The notes under the pieces are model-generated. The model was given only the letters and a program-made list of their open reading frames with translations, ran no database searches and had not been told where the DNA came from. Positions 58,935-64,000 of a stretch of DNA of 64,000 nucleotides are shown piece after piece. Made by a program: the position numbers and the translations under genes. This DNA comes from an uncultured archaeon (GTDB taxonomy: Archaea; Asgardarchaeota; Thorarchaeia; Thorarchaeales; Thorarchaeaceae). Position 1 is the first letter of the stretch; each line of letters starts with the position of its first letter. The DNA is taken from positions 1 to 64,000 of the forward strand of contig CAZLEV010000002.1 of the NCBI GenBank assembly GCA_964558645.1. The letters run 5' to 3'.

Positions 58935-59270
58935 ATGGCAAAGAGTCAAGCTACGAAGATTGGTGAGCTGTTATGCCTCATAGGCGGACTCCTCGGTCTG
59001 CTATATGGGATTCTGCAGATATTGGGAATGGGTTTTGCTTTCCTTCCGGGTCTAGGTATAGGGGGTATTCTTGGTGGTCTGATCACCGGTATAATCCTCA
59101 TCATAATCTCTCTTGTTGTCTTGACAACAAGTGGAGTGATCAACATACCTGCTCTGAAATTGGAGAAGAACTGGATAATCATGTTGATTCTGGGAATCCT
59201 CCTCTACGTCTTCGGAGGCGGTCTGCCAGGAGTCTTGGTGATTGTCGGCGCCATCCTGATGCTGCTATAG
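58935..59270 (+). CDS. Small four-helix membrane protein
   Basis: Gly/Ile-rich; similar to 60869..61255. Confidence 0.7.
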   Translation: MAKSQATKIGELLCLIGGLLGLLYGILQILGMGFAFLPGLGIGGILGGLITGIILIIISLVVLTTSGVINIPALKLEKNWIIMLILGILLYVFGGGLPGVLVIVGAILMLL

Positions 59271-59384
59271 AGAAGCACTGGTCCATACCACTGAGATAGG
59301 CTCACGGTATGGATCCTCTTTCTTTTTCTCTGTCTATCCGGAGTCGGATAGAAGTTGTAACTAACCGTCAAAGGCTTTCTTCTT

Positions 59385-60740
59385 TCAGAGGTCAGTTGTT
59401 GACAGAGCCTTGTCAAGGCGTTCGGCCATATCATCAATCTGCTCTTTCGTAATCACGTAGCTGGGAGTGAACCGTATGCAGTTCTGCCCAGAACCGAGGA
59501 TCCATAGCTTCTGCTTCTGAACCAGATTCTTCACCAGCTTGTTTCGATAATCAACAGCCTTCTCCTTCGTCTTCGGATCCTTAACCAACTCGATTCCAAC
59601 CATCAGGCCCAACCCTCGAACATCGCCAATGACGTCATGCTTCTCTTTCAGTTCGTTTAGCCGTTGCATCAGGTAGTTGCCCATCTCAACATTTCTATCG
59701 AGATATCCTCCATCTTCTATGTGTTTAAGATGCCAGAGTGCGATGAGAGACATCTTGGGTTCGGCAGAGAAGGTCTCAGAGTGACGAGCAGGTCCTGTGA
59801 ACATAGGAGCAGGGCCAATAGAGGCACCCAAGGGATAGCCACCCCCCAACGCCTTCGCTAGTGCCACGTAGTCAGGCGCTATGTCGAAGTTCTCAATAGC
59901 ACACCATTTCCCTGTTCGGCCCATTCCGGCCTGTACCTCATCCGATATCAAGTATGCACCAATGTCTTTTGTGACCTCATGGATGCCCTTCACGGCCTTC
60001 TTCGGGGGCACAATCAACCCACCCTCACCGCATAGTGGTTCCATTACTGTCGCCGCAATGTCATTACCCTCAACTTGGAGCGCGTAACGTAGAGCCTCTA
60101 CACACTCTATGTTGCAGTCCTCAACATTCTGTCCATAGGGGCAGCGATAGCAGTAAGGGTAGAACACACGAATCACGTCAACACCCTGAGGGTAGCCCAC
60201 TTTGTGCTTGGAATTGGAGGCTGTGACGGCGAGCGCATATCCAGTTCGTCCATGAAACGCGGGACGAAAACCGATGAATCGGCCCTTCTTGCTCAAGTCC
60301 ATGGACGACTTCATACAGCCCTCTACGGCACGCCCACCCGATGTTGTGAAAGTCACCCGTTTCGTACTATTGCCGGGCATCAATGAGATAAGCCTCTCGG
60401 CCAGTAGAGTCTGAGGTATGGCATCAAAGTCCATCCCCGGTAGCTCCTTGATGACATCGTTGACCCGTATCTCGAAGTCCATGAAGGGCTTGTATCGGAG
60501 GCCAAGTGCGCGAACCGCCACCCCGCCGGTCATGTCAAGGTACTTTGTGCCCTCTATATCATAGAGATCCAGCCCGTCACCCCTTGTATGATCCAGACAG
60601 CCGTATATGTCACGTGCTTGAGTAGTGATTGCCAGAGCGTTCGCACCGCGTTCCTTCCAATAATCATTCGTCATCTTGTCTGGGCCAACATCCATGAAGC
60701 CCAATTCTTTCAAAATGTCAAAGTCCTTATCGTCCATCAT
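59385..60740 (-). CDS. Class III PLP aminotransferase
   Basis: AFHGRT, EP..GEGG, DEVQ.G.GRTG, LAKALGGG, VRGLGLM.G. Confidence 0.93.
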   Translation of the reverse strand: MMDDKDFDILKELGFMDVGPDKMTNDYWKERGANALAITTQARDIYGCLDHTRGDGLDLYDIEGTKYLDMTGGVAVRALGLRYKPFMDFEIRVNDVIKELPGMDFDAIPQTLLAERLISLMPGNSTKRVTFTTSGGRAVEGCMKSSMDLSKKGRFIGFRPAFHGRTGYALAVTASNSKHKVGYPQGVDVIRVFYPYCYRCPYGQNVEDCNIECVEALRYALQVEGNDIAATVMEPLCGEGGLIVPPKKAVKGIHEVTKDIGAYLISDEVQAGMGRTGKWCAIENFDIAPDYVALAKALGGGYPLGASIGPAPMFTGPARHSETFSAEPKMSLIALWHLKHIEDGGYLDRNVEMGNYLMQRLNELKEKHDVIGDVRGLGLMVGIELVKDPKTKEKAVDYRNKLVKNLVQKQKLWILGSGQNCIRFTPSYVITKEQIDDMAERLDKALSTTDL

Positions 60741-60868
60741 CTACACAATCCACGAAATCGACACGAGCTGCAAGATGGCACCCCTATTATCTAATTTGCT
60801 ATGCCGGCCACCTCAGACAACACTGGAGCCAAGGAACGAGAATCCATTTGACTCAGACAATGCACAGC

Positions 60869-61255
60869 CTAATCGGGCGGATGATAGATACGACTCTGCA
60901 GAACGGCTCCAAGGACTATGAGTATCGCTCCGATGTGCCCACCAAAGAGCATCATTATGAAACCAATCACAAGAAGAGACTGCCAAGCTCTGGTTGGTCG
61001 GATGAAATCCAAGTGGATACTGCCTCGTGTCCGGAGGACAATCACAGAGAGAATCACCAGTACTAAGCCCTGCAGGATGGATCCCAGGCCGAGAAAGATC
61101 ACGCTCAAATCGATATATGGAATACCGAAGCTGACGAACACTCCGAAGTTGAGGAGGAAGAGTGCGCCAATCACTAGATCAATACCTCCTCCCGTCAGGA
61201 CCATGACTTCACCGATGCGAAGAGCATCATTCTCTGAACTGTTAACCGGAATCAC
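60869..61255 (-). CDS. Small four-helix membrane protein
   Basis: Paralog-like to 58935..59270; GTG start overlaps the upstream stop (GTGA). Confidence 0.65.
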   Translation of the reverse strand: MIPVNSSENDALRIGEVMVLTGGGIDLVIGALFLLNFGVFVSFGIPYIDLSVIFLGLGSILQGLVLVILSVIVLRTRGSIHLDFIRPTRAWQSLLVIGFIMMLFGGHIGAILIVLGAVLQSRIYHPPD

Positions 61256-61635
61256 CCACGCGGACTGCTTCTCGTCATTATAAGAAGACCTGCGATGAGG
61301 AACATAAGGCCAGCAAGCATGCCAATATTCTGAAGCCAAGACAGTATGTCAAAGTTAAGCCCTCGGCCAACTATGACAATGGAAAGAAATCCAAAGAGAG
61401 CAAGTAAAGCCCCGCTCCGTCTGATCTTCCAGTAGATGAATCCACATGCGTCTATTCCCAGCAATGCCATAAGCAGCAAGAGAATACCGAGAACAGTGTT
61501 GATGACTCCATCGAAGCTACCACCCAGAGCCGCGTTGAGTCCCGGAATAAGTAGCTGGAATAGAGCGAACACAATAAGCACTATTGCTCCTAGCAATGTA
61601 TATCCTTGTGCAGCACCTTCAGCTTTCGCACCCAT
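61252..61635 (-). CDS. Small four-helix membrane protein
   Basis: Hydrophobic 127-aa ORF; AGGAG upstream. Confidence 0.7.
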   Translation of the reverse strand: MGAKAEGAAQGYTLLGAIVLIVFALFQLLIPGLNAALGGSFDGVINTVLGILLLLMALLGIDACGFIYWKIRRSGALLALFGFLSIVIVGRGLNFDILSWLQNIGMLAGLMFLIAGLLIMTRSSPRG

Positions 61636-61797
61636 CGTTTATCTCTCCTGATTTACCCGATATCGAATGAAAGGAAGTCACAGAAGATATAGTTTCCGAA
61701 AGTCTGGCTGTCCAGACCCGTTCATGTGTGAATTACTAGCGTAATACTCGGAGTTGTATTTCCAAAATGCCTGAGTTCATCTGCATTTTACTCTGAG

Positions 61798-62676
61798 GTG
61801 GCCATAACGAAATACGATTCCTACCGCGAAGAGCGAGACAGTGAGCGACCAGTTAGACTCGACAGAACAGAAGGATTCGTGGTAATCGAGGGAAAGGCCT
61901 ACCCTGCGAGAGAGCTCGTTGAGGCTCTAGCCCAGAGTGGATATGCCGAACTCAGAGCAAACGGCGACTCGCTTGTCCTTGGTAGAAAGAGGATAACGCC
62001 CATTTTTAAGTCAAGCCAAGAGAGGGCCATGGCATCGCTGTGTCATGGAAGCCCGGCATATTGTTGTCCCCTTTCAAAACGTTGTGCAGAGCGGGACCGC
62101 GCTCTTGAGGTGCTGAGTCTGACCAAGGAGGATTACGAGCAGCTCAAGAATGGTTCCCACTCCATGTTCATGGACGCATCAAAAGGATTCAGCCCAACAG
62201 GCAGCCAGTGGAATTATGACGTTAACGGGCGTTCCGTGAATAGACCGGCCATCGACACTGGATTTGGCTCTGATGACTACAGGCGCGATTTCGATACTCT
62301 GGACCGCGCACTTCAAGACCGCGACCGCAGAGAACCCTCAAGTGAGAGTCGATATCGAGATGGGCTGAATAGGCAAGAATCACCACGAGCAGCATCCAGG
62401 TACCTTGATCGAGACAGAGAACCAATCAAGGAGGTTCCTTTGGATAGACGCCGATTCGAGGATTATGGAAGAAGTGGGAGCGGTTCATTCGGTGGCTGCA
62501 ACCTGAATACAGATGAGTCAGTTGAGGGGTTAGGAGCCCTCTTCACTCAAGGGGAGTTGAGCCCATTCAACGAGGAGATGGAGGGTGAACAATCACGACC
62601 TTCTTTCTGTTTCTCCTGTGGGCGAACCATAGAGAGGGGGACAGGTAGATGCCCATATTGTGGAGCTTCTCAATAG
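61798..62676 (+). CDS. Protein with a methanogenesis-marker-9-like Cys domain, disordered linker and C-terminal Zn ribbon
   Basis: CHGSPAYCC..SKRC..RDRAL..L.LTKEDY..LK; CFSCG..CPYCG. Confidence 0.65.
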   Translation: MAITKYDSYREERDSERPVRLDRTEGFVVIEGKAYPARELVEALAQSGYAELRANGDSLVLGRKRITPIFKSSQERAMASLCHGSPAYCCPLSKRCAERDRALEVLSLTKEDYEQLKNGSHSMFMDASKGFSPTGSQWNYDVNGRSVNRPAIDTGFGSDDYRRDFDTLDRALQDRDRREPSSESRYRDGLNRQESPRAASRYLDRDREPIKEVPLDRRRFEDYGRSGSGSFGGCNLNTDESVEGLGALFTQGELSPFNEEMEGEQSRPSFCFSCGRTIERGTGRCPYCGASQ

Positions 62677-63722
62677 TTGCCTATTGCGGCTTCGCGACGT
62701 GTTGAGTAGTCCGCCGGATAGTGGAAGCTTGTTATGAGTCGGCTGATACCTGCATCTTGCGCAATTGCCTTCATCTCCTGCACCTGGCCCATCTCACTGA
62801 CTCCCCATCTGAATAGTGACACATGTCCTCCGCGTCGCTCGAACTCCTTGACAAAATACAGTGACTCAACGAGCTCCGAGTACTCCTTGCTCCCTTTGCC
62901 GGGAAGAAGCGGGGACCAGGGATAGAGGTTGATCAGCAGGTTTCCCGTGATATCGTTGATTCGAGAATAGTCATAGCCATACTCGTTCTTCCCTCCTTCT
63001 GCAAGGCCTGTTTCAGGATCCATCAGAATCTCAACGGTAATCCTCAGGGGGTTCTCTCGTCCAACCATTTCATCGGCATCTCTTGCGGCGTCCTGTAAGT
63101 ATGTGATGCCCTGCATTACTTTGTCTGTTCTCCAGCTGTGCCACTTGCTGTGATAGTCAGGATTCTCAATGATATACTGATAGCTCAATCGTTCAGGTTC
63201 CTGATTCACCATGGGCGCAAATTCATTCCTGCAGCGGTCACAGAAGCAGAACTGATCTCTTATGAAACCGGTGCCGAACAAGAGAATCTCGTTGACTGGA
63301 TATGACCCCATCTCCTTCACAATTTCTGCGCCATACTGCCAGAACTCTTCTCGGTTAGGGCAGATCTGATGGCTCATTGCGTTCCCCCGTGCATTGACGG
63401 TCTGATATTTCGGGTCACGACCGAACCAAGCATCTGTGTAGAAGTCCATACTCAAAGCGGAATTCAGTTCGAGAGCGTCCGCAAGAGTGACCCAGTCGTC
63501 GAAGAACTTGGAATGTTCCTCATCGACGGGTGCAGTTCTGCTTGGATATATCGTATGTCCATCTGGGCGCTTGCCCACAAGCCCCGCCCCCTGCATATAA
63601 GAGGCGAACGTGGACATGAACTCCTTGGCTTCCATCTCTACATCTTCAGGTCGAAACACGACGAGTAGATCACTCATCAAGAATTCTCTATAGTTCAGCT
63701 TCATCTTTGAATCCCCGGGCAC
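62670..63722 (-). CDS. Putative glycoside-hydrolase-like TIM-barrel protein
   Basis: ICPN.EE, CFCDRCR..F, W..WR; likely start at MKLNY. Confidence 0.6.
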   Translation of the reverse strand: MPGDSKMKLNYREFLMSDLLVVFRPEDVEMEAKEFMSTFASYMQGAGLVGKRPDGHTIYPSRTAPVDEEHSKFFDDWVTLADALELNSALSMDFYTDAWFGRDPKYQTVNARGNAMSHQICPNREEFWQYGAEIVKEMGSYPVNEILLFGTGFIRDQFCFCDRCRNEFAPMVNQEPERLSYQYIIENPDYHSKWHSWRTDKVMQGITYLQDAARDADEMVGRENPLRITVEILMDPETGLAEGGKNEYGYDYSRINDITGNLLINLYPWSPLLPGKGSKEYSELVESLYFVKEFERRGGHVSLFRWGVSEMGQVQEMKAIAQDAGISRLITSFHYPADYSTRREAAIGNY

Positions 63723-63824
63723 CGGAATATCACATTCGGTTATGGCTCAGATTGTCACAAGGTCTGGAGTGGGCTATAAGAATTTCTTAGTCGGACTGTT
63801 TCCAGAATGAAAGGCTCAAGGAGG

Positions 63825-64000
63825 CTAAAAGAACTGGTCAAGTGTGGTGAATCCCATGAGTTCTTCGAAGTCTATACCAACAGAATCCAGCACCTGACCG
63901 AATACCGATCTCAACGTATCAATGTACTTGTCCTTGTCAATGAAATAGGTTCCCTCCTCGGCCAATTCAACGGGAAGGACGCCCTCGGGACCCTTAGTCT
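63825..64000 (-). CDS. polB: Family B DNA polymerase, C-terminal fragment (truncated by window edge)
   Basis: Manual translation TKGPEGVLPVELA...IDKDKYIDTL.SVFGQVL..GIDF...TTLDQFF*, ending in a PIP box. Confidence 0.8.
   Translation of the reverse strand, partial: TKGPEGVLPVELAEEGTYFIDKDKYIDTLRSVFGQVLDSVGIDFEELMGFTTLDQFF

Noticed and set aside
365-63827. Genome-wide TAG or TGA recoding
   Set aside because: Well-conserved genes end at TAG or TGA at expected lengths (glnA, aIF5A, aspS, argS).

Overview
Gene-dense archaeal chromosomal segment (roughly 50% GC by eye). Several eukaryotic-signature proteins point to an Asgard archaeon, most plausibly Thorarchaeia (inference): a Bet3/TRAPP-like V4R protein, longin/roadblock-like proteins, an alpha-SNAP-like repeat protein, Yip1 proteins and an ESCRT cluster. 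Housekeeping genes include L13e, glnA, porG, Nob1, NAD kinase, aIF5A, mfnA, hypB, DGGGP synthase, endonuclease IV, TFB, argS, tldD/pmbA, aspS and the 3' end of a family B DNA polymerase, plus tRNA-Leu(CAG) and tRNA-His(GTG). Two loci stand out. (1) At 25.2-27.7 kb, a stand-alone ~730-aa TnpB/Cas12-like RuvC nuclease with an intact D-E-D triad sits next to tRNA-His. It has no CRISPR array, cas genes or TnpA, but a strongly structured ~100-nt non-coding element lies upstream. (2) At 49.3-54.3 kb, an ESCRT locus (ESCRT-III, Vps4, Vps25) is flanked by two apparent chimeras: a Vps28-N/Vps22-36 fusion and a B-box/coiled-coil/PH-GRAM/steadiness-box protein. No ubiquitin or UEV gene is nearby. All calls rest on motif recognition by eye; no searches were run.
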